A stretch of DNA of 64,000 nt, taken from Candidatus Cloacimonadota bacterium (GTDB taxonomy: Bacteria > Cloacimonadota > Cloacimonadia > G963667145). Location: contig OY781092.1 in NCBI GenBank assembly GCA_963676615.1, positions 1,088,001-1,152,000 on the forward strand. The letters are read 5' to 3'. Positions 39,287 to 48,170 of the stretch are shown here, piece after piece (position 1 is the stretch's first letter; every line of letters begins with the position of its first letter). Under the pieces are notes generated by a model. The model saw only the letters and a program-made list of their open reading frames with translations, had not been told where the DNA came from and searched no databases. Made by a program: the position numbers and the translations under genes.

Positions 39287-41608
39287 CTACTCCTTTATGC
39301 ACAATATTTTAAAGTAAGCTTTGTCCCCGTCTCTTCTACGCTCAACACCATGAATATCGCTCTCATAACCTGGAATCTCATTCTCGAACTTTTCTCTTGC
39401 TTGCAAATAGTCCAAAATAGCCTTAGACTCCTTGTTTAAAAGCTCTCCACCCATAATGATAGGAATACCAGGAGGATAAGGCACCACCATCACAGCAGGG
39501 ACTCTCCCCAAAATATTCTCCAATTCCACATACTCCACATCGCCACGCACCACGGCTCTATAAGCATCTGCAGGCTTCATCATTTGAGTCGGAATATCTT
39601 GAAAGGCGTTTTGCATCATATTCAAAATGCCAACTTTTTTAAAGTAGTTGTGCATTTGACTACAGTGATCTTGAAGTCCCATATTTCCATAGGCTTCTGG
39701 GAAATTTTCTACCATTTGAGGGAAAACTTCACTCATTGGAGCGTTACAATCATAAAGCTTCTTAAAGTTGTAAAGCTCGGTAATCAAAGTCCCTTGCTTT
39801 CCTTTGGTCGTTCCAAGAGAGTTCAAAAGAAGGAAAGAGTAGTAATCTGATTTTTCACAAGTTATCCCTTTGCTTATCAAATAGTTCGTCACAATCGAAG
39901 CGGGAATACCTTTTTCAGCCAAACTGCCATCGGCATTAACCCCAGGGCAAACAAAAGTCAACTTGATTGGATCGAGCATCGCATAGTTCTCTTCCATATC
40001 TTCAAAGCCATGCCAGCAATCTTCGTTTGACATTATCCAAGGCTCTTGATTGGAAGCCAAATAAGTTGGGTCAACATCAGCAAAATCAACTTTCTTCCCG
40101 TCAACTTTCACAGTTTTCGGTTGCCAAAGCTCAAAAAACCAATCGTCTTCGTTTTTGTGTCGAATCTCTTCTTCTACTTTCACCATCGTTTGTCTCAACT
40201 GAATTGCTTCAAAAATAATTTGGTAAATAAGATCCTCACCACCGTCTCCCATCATCTTCGTTGCCACATCCAAACTTGCAATCATATTATATTGAGGCGA
40301 AGTTGAACCATGCATCATATAAGACTCATTAAACAAATCGTGATTTATTTTCCGCTCTGTTCCATTTTTGATATGCAACATCGATGCTTGCGAAAAAGCT
40401 GTCAGTAGCTTATGCGTAGAGTGCGAACAAAAAATTGGCGGATGATTTTTTGCGTTATCATCGTCAGTCATTCCAAAATGACCTTTATACATTGGGTTAA
40501 ACCTCGCATAAGCATACCACGCCTCGTCAAAGTGAAGATTTTCCACAGAATGTTGCAAAATCTCCTTAATGTTGCGCACATCGTAACAAACACCGTCATA
40601 GGTGGAGTTAGTCAAAGCAGACATTTTGACTTTTTTGCTCTTGCTTTCCTCTGGAATTAACTTGTTCGCTTTTAACTTTTTCTGAATGGTCTTTCCCTCA
40701 AATTCCGACAATTTTACAGGACCGATAATACCCAGTTTATTCCTCCGAGGCAACATATAAACAGGATAAGCTTCTGTTATAACCATCGCATAATTCAAAG
40801 ACTTGTGGCAGTTTCTGTCAACAAAAGCGATATCGCCAGGAGACACCTGAGAACGCCAAATAATTTGGTTAACATTTGAGGTGCCATTCAGCACAAAATA
40901 AGACATATCGGCGCCAAATACTTTAGCTGCTTGCTTTTCAGCTTCTCCTGTTACGCCTGAATGATCCAAAAGCGAGCCAAGTTCGGGCACAGAGATCGAA
41001 AGATCCGCTCTAAAAACAGCCTCGCCAAAAAATTTGTGCATTGCCACGCCAGCAGGAGACCTCAAAAAACCATCACCACCCATATGACCTGGAGTGTGCC
41101 ACGCATACTTGTACTCATCGGCATACTTCACAAGAGTTTTGAAAAATTTAGGATAAACGCTCTCTACATAACTGCGCAAATGAGTTTTGATCGTTCCGGC
41201 AAGAAAATCAACGGTGTCCATCGTTTTCCACATATAAGCGTTCACATAATTAAGACTTTTCGCCTTAATATCACCGATCTCATACCTGTCTGCAATCACA
41301 ATAATGGGCAATCTTTTGTTTTTTGCATTCGCAAATTTCAAAAAAATGTCATAAGAATCGGAAGCTTCGTTCGCAGAAGAAAACTTAGCGCTAAGCGAGC
41401 TCCAGTCAATCAAGACCAAACCAATATCTGCACTATTCCCCAAAATCTCTTTCCCATCCCCAAAATCGCGAGCCAAAACGACATCGCAACCATGATCATT
41501 TCTCAAGGCATCCACGATTTCACGCAATCTCTCGCCTTCGTTGTCTTTCACCTCAAATTCACTGCTAACCAACAAAATTGGCCAATTTTTAAGTTCTAAC
41601 TTTTTCAT
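39287..41608 (-). CDS. adiA: Orn/Lys/Arg decarboxylase, AdiA (arginine)-like
   Basis: N-terminal wing domain, HTPGHMGG, DRNCHKS, HFDEAWYAYARFNP, HSTHKLL (PLP Lys), PYPPGIP; substrate inferred. Confidence 0.8.
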   Translation of the reverse strand: MKKLELKNWPILLVSSEFEVKDNEGERLREIVDALRNDHGCDVVLARDFGDGKEILGNSADIGLVLIDWSSLSAKFSSANEASDSYDIFLKFANAKNKRLPIIVIADRYEIGDIKAKSLNYVNAYMWKTMDTVDFLAGTIKTHLRSYVESVYPKFFKTLVKYADEYKYAWHTPGHMGGDGFLRSPAGVAMHKFFGEAVFRADLSISVPELGSLLDHSGVTGEAEKQAAKVFGADMSYFVLNGTSNVNQIIWRSQVSPGDIAFVDRNCHKSLNYAMVITEAYPVYMLPRRNKLGIIGPVKLSEFEGKTIQKKLKANKLIPEESKSKKVKMSALTNSTYDGVCYDVRNIKEILQHSVENLHFDEAWYAYARFNPMYKGHFGMTDDDNAKNHPPIFCSHSTHKLLTAFSQASMLHIKNGTERKINHDLFNESYMMHGSTSPQYNMIASLDVATKMMGDGGEDLIYQIIFEAIQLRQTMVKVEEEIRHKNEDDWFFELWQPKTVKVDGKKVDFADVDPTYLASNQEPWIMSNEDCWHGFEDMEENYAMLDPIKLTFVCPGVNADGSLAEKGIPASIVTNYLISKGITCEKSDYYSFLLLNSLGTTKGKQGTLITELYNFKKLYDCNAPMSEVFPQMVENFPEAYGNMGLQDHCSQMHNYFKKVGILNMMQNAFQDIPTQMMKPADAYRAVVRGDVEYVELENILGRVPAVMVVPYPPGIPIIMGGELLNKESKAILDYLQAREKFENEIPGYESDIHGVERRRDGDKAYFKILCIKE

Positions 41609-41675
41609 AAGAACTCCCCCTTTCTTTCTGATAGGAGGTAAATTTTAAGGTTTCTGTCAACCTTTTTTTTCGTCT

Positions 41676-42989
41676 CTAGCCGTTCATCTTGTTCAAAAAA
41701 TCTTCGTTATCCCGCGTGGCTTCGATGTTTCGCATGATTGTTTGCAGACCTTTGGCAGAATTTTCGCTAGCCGCCAAATATTTGCGGATGACATAAGTTT
41801 TGTTTTTTTCCGTTTCGGTAAGCAAAAGCTCCTCTCTTCTGGTGCCAGAGCGCACCAAATCGATTGCGGGATAGATTCTGGCTTCCGCCAAAGAACGATC
41901 CAAGTTCAGCTCCATATTTCCCGTTCCTTTGAACTCCTCAAAAATCACCTGATCCATCTTCGAGCCCGTGTCCACCAAAGCCGTCGCCAAAATCGTCAAG
42001 CTTCCGTTCCCGCGAATATTACGCGCAGCACCAAAAAACTTTTTGGGATAATGCAAAGCGCCGACATCGATACCGCCCGAAAGCGTCTTGCCGCTCGAGG
42101 GAATCTCGTTGTTATACGCCCGCGCCAGGCGAGTGATGCTATCCAGCATAATAATCACATCTTGCCCAAGCTCGACCATCCGCTTGGCTTTCTCGATCAC
42201 CATCTCGGCGACCTTGATGTGATTAGAGGTTTTCTCGTCAAAAGTCGAAGCGACCACCTCGGAATTTTCCGGCAGCAAATTCTCCTTCATATCCGTCACC
42301 TCCTCCGGGCGCTCATCGATAAGCAGCATAATCATATACGCCTTATTGTAGCGCAAAATCGTGTTGGCTATTTTTTGCAAAAGCACCGTCTTGCCAGTCT
42401 TTGGAGCAGCCACGATAAGACCTCTTTGCCCTTTGCCCACGGGCGTAAACAGCGAAATCATCCTGCCCGAAACATTATCAAAAGGCTGATCGGTCACAAA
42501 CCGCTCCTCTGGAAAATGCGGCACCAGCTTCTCGAACTTTGGCACATCCTTCATCGATTGCGGCAAGTTCCCGTTCACTTTGCTGATTTTCACCAGCGCC
42601 GAATATTTGTCTCGCTGCCGATTTGGCTTGCAAATTCCCGCAACCATATGCCCTTTTTTCAGCCCATAGCGCCGAATCTGCGACTGCGAAACATACACAT
42701 CCGAATCGCTCTGCAGATAATTATTCTCCTGCCAGCGCAAAAAACCGTAGCCGTCGGACATAATATCCAAACAGCCACAAACATGCCGCTCGCCGCTCTT
42801 CTTTGCCTCAACTTTCGGCTGCTTCTCGTCCTGCGTCTCCTGCTGCGACTTGCTCTGCTCTTGCTCTTGCGCCTGTATCACTTGCGCCAAAAGGTCATCC
42901 TTTTTTTTCGACGGCTTCTCAATCCCCAGCAGCTTCGCCCTTTGCAAAAGCTCTTTCACCTTCAACTTTTTCAAACTTTCCATACTCAT
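41676..42989 (-). CDS. rho: Transcription termination factor Rho
   Basis: GYGFLR, DVYVSQSQIRR, GKGQRGLIVAAPKTGKT, IDERPEEVTDM, FKGTGNMEL; short Q/E-rich linker. Confidence 0.98.
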   Translation of the reverse strand: MSMESLKKLKVKELLQRAKLLGIEKPSKKKDDLLAQVIQAQEQEQSKSQQETQDEKQPKVEAKKSGERHVCGCLDIMSDGYGFLRWQENNYLQSDSDVYVSQSQIRRYGLKKGHMVAGICKPNRQRDKYSALVKISKVNGNLPQSMKDVPKFEKLVPHFPEERFVTDQPFDNVSGRMISLFTPVGKGQRGLIVAAPKTGKTVLLQKIANTILRYNKAYMIMLLIDERPEEVTDMKENLLPENSEVVASTFDEKTSNHIKVAEMVIEKAKRMVELGQDVIIMLDSITRLARAYNNEIPSSGKTLSGGIDVGALHYPKKFFGAARNIRGNGSLTILATALVDTGSKMDQVIFEEFKGTGNMELNLDRSLAEARIYPAIDLVRSGTRREELLLTETEKNKTYVIRKYLAASENSAKGLQTIMRNIEATRDNEDFLNKMNG

Positions 42990-43207
42990 TATTATCCTAA
43001 AATCTCCCAAACTTTGTTATTTTTTCAAAACAAAAGAACTTTTAATCGAACGACAAAACGCTCCCTAACATTGACTGACCCCTTATCTTAACTCCTTGCA
43101 GAAGCAAAAGGTTAGCCAATATCATCACAAAAGAAAATCCTTAAAAAAGAATTTGCAAATCCGTTTTTTTTTCTTCTTAAAAAAAAACAGCACGATCTGC
43201 AAAACAG

Positions 43208-43266
43208 AAAAAGGTGGCAAGACCAGCAAAACCAGCGATTATCGCCTTATCGACCAGCTCGCCACC
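43208..43266 (-). terminator. Intrinsic terminator of serC
   Basis: GGUGGCGAG...CUUGCCACC stem followed by UUUUUCUGUUUU. Confidence 0.7.
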
Positions 43267-43295
43267 TGTTAAATATACCCAACTAAAGAGCAAAA

Positions 43296-44375
43296 TTATT
43301 TGTTGTTGCTCTCGAATTTTTTCATAAAGTCGACCAAGAAATCGACGCTTTCCATCGGCATAGCGTTGTAGAAAGACGCTCTGCAGCCGCCTACAGATCT
43401 GTGACCTTTCAGCGAAAGCATATTTGCAGCGCCAGCCTCTGCCAAGAATTTCTTCTCCAAATCCTCAGACGGCAATCTGAAAGGAATGTTCATCAAAGAG
43501 CGATCCTCTGGCACAACTGTTCCGCGATAAAAGTCTGAGCTGTCCAGCAAATTGTAAAGTTTAGCAGCTTTTTCTTTGTTAATCTCGTGGATGCCCGCAA
43601 GTCCGCCGTTGTTCTCGATCCATTTCAAAACAAGACCAACTACATAAATCGAGAAAGTCGGAGGTGTGTTGAACATCGAGCCTTTGCTGATGTGCGTGCG
43701 ATAGTCCATCATTGTCGAAAGTCCCTCGTTGCCAGAGTCAGCAAAAGATTTTTTGATAGCCGCCAAAACTGTGCCAGCTGGTCCGATATTTTTTTGCGCT
43801 CCAGCGTAAATCAAGTCGCATTTTTTAAAGTCGTATGGTCTTGAGAGCATATTTGACGACATATCCGCAATCAACGGCGCAGCCACAGACGGCAGCTCTT
43901 GATACTCCGTTCCGCGAATTGTGTTGTTGGTGGTGATATGCAAATAAGCCGCGTCAGAAGCCACTTTGCTCAAATCTTTTGGAATGTAAGTAAAGCCTTT
44001 GTCCTCGCTGCTAGCAACAACATTGACATTGAGACCCAAAATTTTTGCCTCTTTAATCGCCGCTGTTGACCATGAGCCTGTGTTCACATAGCAGCAGTCT
44101 TTGCTTTTGCTGCCGAAATTCAAGGCGGTCATCAAAAATTGCGTAGAAGCTCCACCTTGCAAAAACAGAATCGAGTAGTCGTCTCCCAATCCCATCAGTC
44201 TTGCGGCTCTTTCCATCGCATCGTCGATGATTGCTTGATAATTCGGAGAACGGTGACTCATCTCCATTACAGACAAACCCTTACCTTTGTAAGAAACTAA
44301 GTCTTTTTGAACCTCTTCCAAAACTTCCATAGGAAGCACGGCTGGCCCTGCGCTAAAATTATGAACTCTACTCAT
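43296..44375 (-). CDS. serC: Phosphoserine aminotransferase
   Basis: NFSAGPA, MEMSHRS, GGAS.QF, DMSS, AGAQKNIGPAG, NTPP, GHRSVGGCRAS; GGAGGAG RBS before ATG 44375. Confidence 0.97.
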   Translation of the reverse strand: MSRVHNFSAGPAVLPMEVLEEVQKDLVSYKGKGLSVMEMSHRSPNYQAIIDDAMERAARLMGLGDDYSILFLQGGASTQFLMTALNFGSKSKDCCYVNTGSWSTAAIKEAKILGLNVNVVASSEDKGFTYIPKDLSKVASDAAYLHITTNNTIRGTEYQELPSVAAPLIADMSSNMLSRPYDFKKCDLIYAGAQKNIGPAGTVLAAIKKSFADSGNEGLSTMMDYRTHISKGSMFNTPPTFSIYVVGLVLKWIENNGGLAGIHEINKEKAAKLYNLLDSSDFYRGTVVPEDRSLMNIPFRLPSEDLEKKFLAEAGAANMLSLKGHRSVGGCRASFYNAMPMESVDFLVDFMKKFESNNK

Positions 44376-44427
44376 AATCTCCTCCAATTTTTTATAGATT
44401 GAATGTTTTTTTGATCTAAAAAAGAAA

Positions 44428-44504
44428 TGGGGTGACTGATGGGACTCGAACCCACGACAACCAGAACCACAATCTGGCGCTCTACCAACTGAACTACAGT
44501 CACC
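44428..44504 (-). tRNA. tRNA-His(GUG)
   Basis: Cloverleaf G-GTGACTG...CCAGA-TT-GTG-GT-TCTGG...GTTCGAG...CAGTCAC-C-CCA with encoded G-1 and CCA. Confidence 0.97.
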
Positions 44505-44636
44505 ACTTTCATCACGGATTATTTAGTCTCAAAAAATATGCGAACGAAATTTGTCAAATTGTTTTTGCTTTGGGGGGAAAAATTTTGGATATGGAAAGAA
44601 TAAAAATTTTAAGTAGGCTTAAGAAAACCAAAAATT

Positions 44637-45017
44637 CTACAGAAAATTTACCTCAACAACCTTAAAACCTTTTTTTCTTTCTCTTTTATTTCCAACAAAC
44701 CCTTTTGTAAAAGAGCCTAAAATTCTGACTTTTCTACCTACAAATTTATCGAAACCTAGAGAGTAAGACTGCTGGTTAAAAATTGTGACATTCCCTTCAT
44801 TTTTTGTTGAAACAAAAAAATAAGAAAACTCACTTAAAGTTCCTCTCATCTCTTTTTTTATTCCTACTGAACCCTCTAATTCCACAAACTTTGAACTTTT
44901 ATTCAACTCTTCAACTCTTTTTTTACAAGCGTTTCCACCACAAGAAATAAGACAGACAACAAACACAAAAAAAAGAAAAAATCTTGCTACCTTACTTTTT
45001 TTTGATCGATATCTCAT
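44637..45017 (-). CDS. Hypothetical lipoprotein
   Basis: Hydrophobic stretch plus lipobox LISC; start uncertain. Confidence 0.6.
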   Translation of the reverse strand: MRYRSKKSKVARFFLFFVFVVCLISCGGNACKKRVEELNKSSKFVELEGSVGIKKEMRGTLSEFSYFFVSTKNEGNVTIFNQQSYSLGFDKFVGRKVRILGSFTKGFVGNKRERKKGFKVVEVNFL

Positions 45018-46647
45018 AATCGCCTATACTCGAAATTGGGCGCAAAGTTATAGAATAATTTCCATCATCAGAAGTTTCAAATTCAAGAGTTTGCTCGATT
45101 TCTCCCCAATATGAAAAACCCGCACCATAAAAATTAAGCTCAAAATAGTCTATATGCTCACTCTTTAACTCAAGGCAGTAAGTCACAGCACTATCCAAAG
45201 CTATCTCAAAATAATCATTGTCGTTTGCATCATGAAAACTCCGATCTGAAGTAGCCCCAACAGTTAACACCTCTCTGTTTTCATAATCATCTGGCTCTTG
45301 CTTATCTTCGCCTATAGATATTGGAACCTCATTCATTTTTTTTACATAATCGTACCACTTATTACTAGCAAAATCCAATACATCCTTATAATATTTTTCG
45401 TCATATTTCTGAATTTTATACCAGCCATTATGGTAAATTGTTACTCCCGAAGCTTTCCCATAATCAAACACCTCAGAATCAAAATCGTTAGCATAAGCCT
45501 TATAAACAACTGCGTCTTTCAAAGCATTTTCAACATTTTTTGCTTTAGATTTCACTCTTTCTGGTAAAGAAGACTCTCCTATGTTTTTCATAAAATCACC
45601 TAAATCTAAATAATAAGCAACATAAAACGAAGACAAACTTTTTTTAGCCAGACCATTATAATCTTCATAATTGCTATTTTTATCTAAGTCAACCAAAATT
45701 TCAGACGCTGCTTCGTTTATAGAATTATACAATTCATCCATTTTTGCCAAATCGACAACAGACAAAGTAAAACTTCTAAAATCGTAAAAATAGGATTGCG
45801 CTGATTTGCAAAAATTTATTGCAAGTTCATCGCCTTCAATGTTAGGGTTATCAACAACACTCTGCAAAGCCTCATACGACCACATTTCTGCAGGGAAAAC
45901 CTCTTCTGAAAACAAAATATAATTCGCATTATTTCTAACTTCATAAGCTAATTCTACACCACCCATAAGACAAGCATACGGATAAAACAAATCGATTTTC
46001 TTTCCAATCTTTCCTTTCAAATATTTTGTTATTTCGCCTAACTCATAATGAGTTAAAACATCTCCACTAATTCCAGATCCTGCATTGTCATCAGAAGCAA
46101 TAGAAAGGTTCAAATCGCTAAAAACTCCTGTTTTTGTGGTGTCGTCAAAGCCTCCTCCATGATTAAAAACAGAATACAAATATTTTTCGGAATCAAATTT
46201 TGCTAGCGCATAATCCAGAAAATCTCTACTTTCGACAATATCCCCAGACCTAATTTCATCCCTCTGTTTCCAAGTTCCATTTCGATCCAAAAAATCTTTT
46301 TTAAAATCTCCGCTTAACACATAATAACCATCAACAAAATTTCTCGAAGTGTATCCTGTTCCTTTAGAATCGTCACCATAACAATCCAGCATAACGGCTA
46401 TATTTAGACTATTTTCACTGTCCATTTTTTTTGTGTTTTCCAAAGTTTGCAAATAATTGGTCACAATTTTATTATATCTTTCAAAGTCATAGTCGATATT
46501 ATTATCAACAGCAAAATGAACTAACACCGTCCACTTTCCAGAATTACTGCTATCCAAATCGTTATCATTGCTTGTTGAACTGCTACAACCAGTAATCAAA
46601 GAAAATAAAAACAAAATTATGCTACAATTTATGATTTTCCCCCTCAT
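44992..46647 (-). CDS. Clostripain-family (C11) cysteine peptidase lipoprotein with C-terminal beta-sandwich (PPC-like)
   Basis: Lipobox ITGC, KWTVLV...DNN, NHGGG and ACLM catalytic dyad, SEE, TLSVVDL. Confidence 0.8.
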   Translation of the reverse strand: MRGKIINCSIILFLFSLITGCSSSTSNDNDLDSSNSGKWTVLVHFAVDNNIDYDFERYNKIVTNYLQTLENTKKMDSENSLNIAVMLDCYGDDSKGTGYTSRNFVDGYYVLSGDFKKDFLDRNGTWKQRDEIRSGDIVESRDFLDYALAKFDSEKYLYSVFNHGGGFDDTTKTGVFSDLNLSIASDDNAGSGISGDVLTHYELGEITKYLKGKIGKKIDLFYPYACLMGGVELAYEVRNNANYILFSEEVFPAEMWSYEALQSVVDNPNIEGDELAINFCKSAQSYFYDFRSFTLSVVDLAKMDELYNSINEAASEILVDLDKNSNYEDYNGLAKKSLSSFYVAYYLDLGDFMKNIGESSLPERVKSKAKNVENALKDAVVYKAYANDFDSEVFDYGKASGVTIYHNGWYKIQKYDEKYYKDVLDFASNKWYDYVKKMNEVPISIGEDKQEPDDYENREVLTVGATSDRSFHDANDNDYFEIALDSAVTYCLELKSEHIDYFELNFYGAGFSYWGEIEQTLEFETSDDGNYSITLRPISSIGDYEISIKKK

Positions 46648-46749
46648 TCAACACTCCTTATTTCAATTTTATTTTAATTTTAATTTCAACTTCGTAAAAT
46701 TTAAAGCTTTTTTGTCAATTCTTTACTTTTTCTTTAAATAAAATTAAGT

Positions 46750-47952
46750 TCAAAAACCTGGCTCTTTCACCGCCAAGAGCAACAACCCTCCAACCACAAA
46801 AAAGCACAAAACCGACAAAATCGAATACCGCTGCGAGCCCGTCAGATAGGCGATTTGCCCATAAACCACAGGTCCAAAAATCGAGGTGAGTTTGCCCGTA
46901 AATGAGTAAAAGCCAAAAAACTCACTGACCCTTTTTTTGGGAGTCAGGCGCGCCAACATCACCCGCGAGGACGATTGCGAAGAGCCGATGGCGATGCCCG
47001 CCAAGAGTCCAACCCAGTAGTACTCACTCGCCGAACGGCAAAAAAACGCCCACAAAACCACAGCCGTCCAAATCAATAAAGTTATCAAAATCGTGTTTTT
47101 CGCCCCAAGCACATCCAAAACATAGCCAAAAACCCAAGCGCCAAGCATCGAGGTGAGCTGCACCAAAATGAAATAAAAAATCAGCTGCGAGCTGGTCAGC
47201 CCAAACTGCGTTGCGCCAAATATCGAGGCGAACGAAATAACGACGATAATCCCGTCGTTATAAATCAAGTAACTAATCAAAAACTTGAGCAGATTTTTGT
47301 AATTTCGGATATTGGCAAAAGTGTGACTCAGCCTGCGGACGGCGGTTTTGACATAGTTTGTTCGTTTGGAAGGAATCTTCACTTCCTTGAGCAAAACGAA
47401 AGTCACTATCGAGAGCAAGCCGAAAAAAGCGCCAACCATCGGGAAAACCAGCTTCACATCGATTTTCAGCAGCGCCAGCGCCAAAAATAGCGAGACCAAA
47501 CCTCCCAGATAGCCAACTCCCCAGCCGAAACCTGAAATTTTGCCGATGTTGGACTGCGTCGAGATTTCTGGCAAAAATGCGTTGTAAAAAACATTGCCGC
47601 AGCTAAAGCCATAATTGGCTATCACGAAAAAAATTACGCCCATTGCCACATCGCCTTTTCGCACAAAATAGAGCAGCGAGGTGAAAATCACGCAGAGGTA
47701 ACAGTTGATAAACAGAAACTTTTTTTTGGAGCGAGAGTAGTCTGCCACCGCTCCCAAAATCGGCGAAGAGATCGCCACCAAAATCATCGAAATGCTGACA
47801 GCCCAGCCCCAGAGCGCCGTGGCGAACTCTCCTCCACCGACGACCACATCCTTAAAATAAACGCTATAAATCACCGTAACGATGATGGTTGTAAAAGACG
47901 AATTGGCAAAATCGTAAAAAATCCAGCCAAAAATATTTTTATTCATTTTCAT
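46750..47952 (-). CDS. MFS transporter (UMF1/Atg22-like)
   Basis: W.FYDFANS, FYNAFLP, SGFGWG.GYLGG, YNDG, EFFGFY...GK. Confidence 0.88.
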   Translation of the reverse strand: MKMNKNIFGWIFYDFANSSFTTIIVTVIYSVYFKDVVVGGGEFATALWGWAVSISMILVAISSPILGAVADYSRSKKKFLFINCYLCVIFTSLLYFVRKGDVAMGVIFFVIANYGFSCGNVFYNAFLPEISTQSNIGKISGFGWGVGYLGGLVSLFLALALLKIDVKLVFPMVGAFFGLLSIVTFVLLKEVKIPSKRTNYVKTAVRRLSHTFANIRNYKNLLKFLISYLIYNDGIIVVISFASIFGATQFGLTSSQLIFYFILVQLTSMLGAWVFGYVLDVLGAKNTILITLLIWTAVVLWAFFCRSASEYYWVGLLAGIAIGSSQSSSRVMLARLTPKKRVSEFFGFYSFTGKLTSIFGPVVYGQIAYLTGSQRYSILSVLCFFVVGGLLLLAVKEPGF

Positions 47953-48170
47953 TATTTACCCTCAAAATAGCCCTTTTTTCTTGACGCCAAACCGTAGCCG
48001 TCGCCAGCTAAAACCAAAATCGATTTTATACAAGGAGCTACGATGATTTCTTTGCAAAAATGGCTAATTTTTCTGAACTGGCAAGCCACCTGTTTTCTAG
48101 TCAACAAAATTTTCTCGAAATTCCAATCAGCACCACATTTTGCAGGCAAAAACGCAGGAGCAGCGCGGCT

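Noticed and set aside
41742..43091. 449-aa plus-strand ORF
   Set aside because: Antisense to rho; no recognisable protein features.
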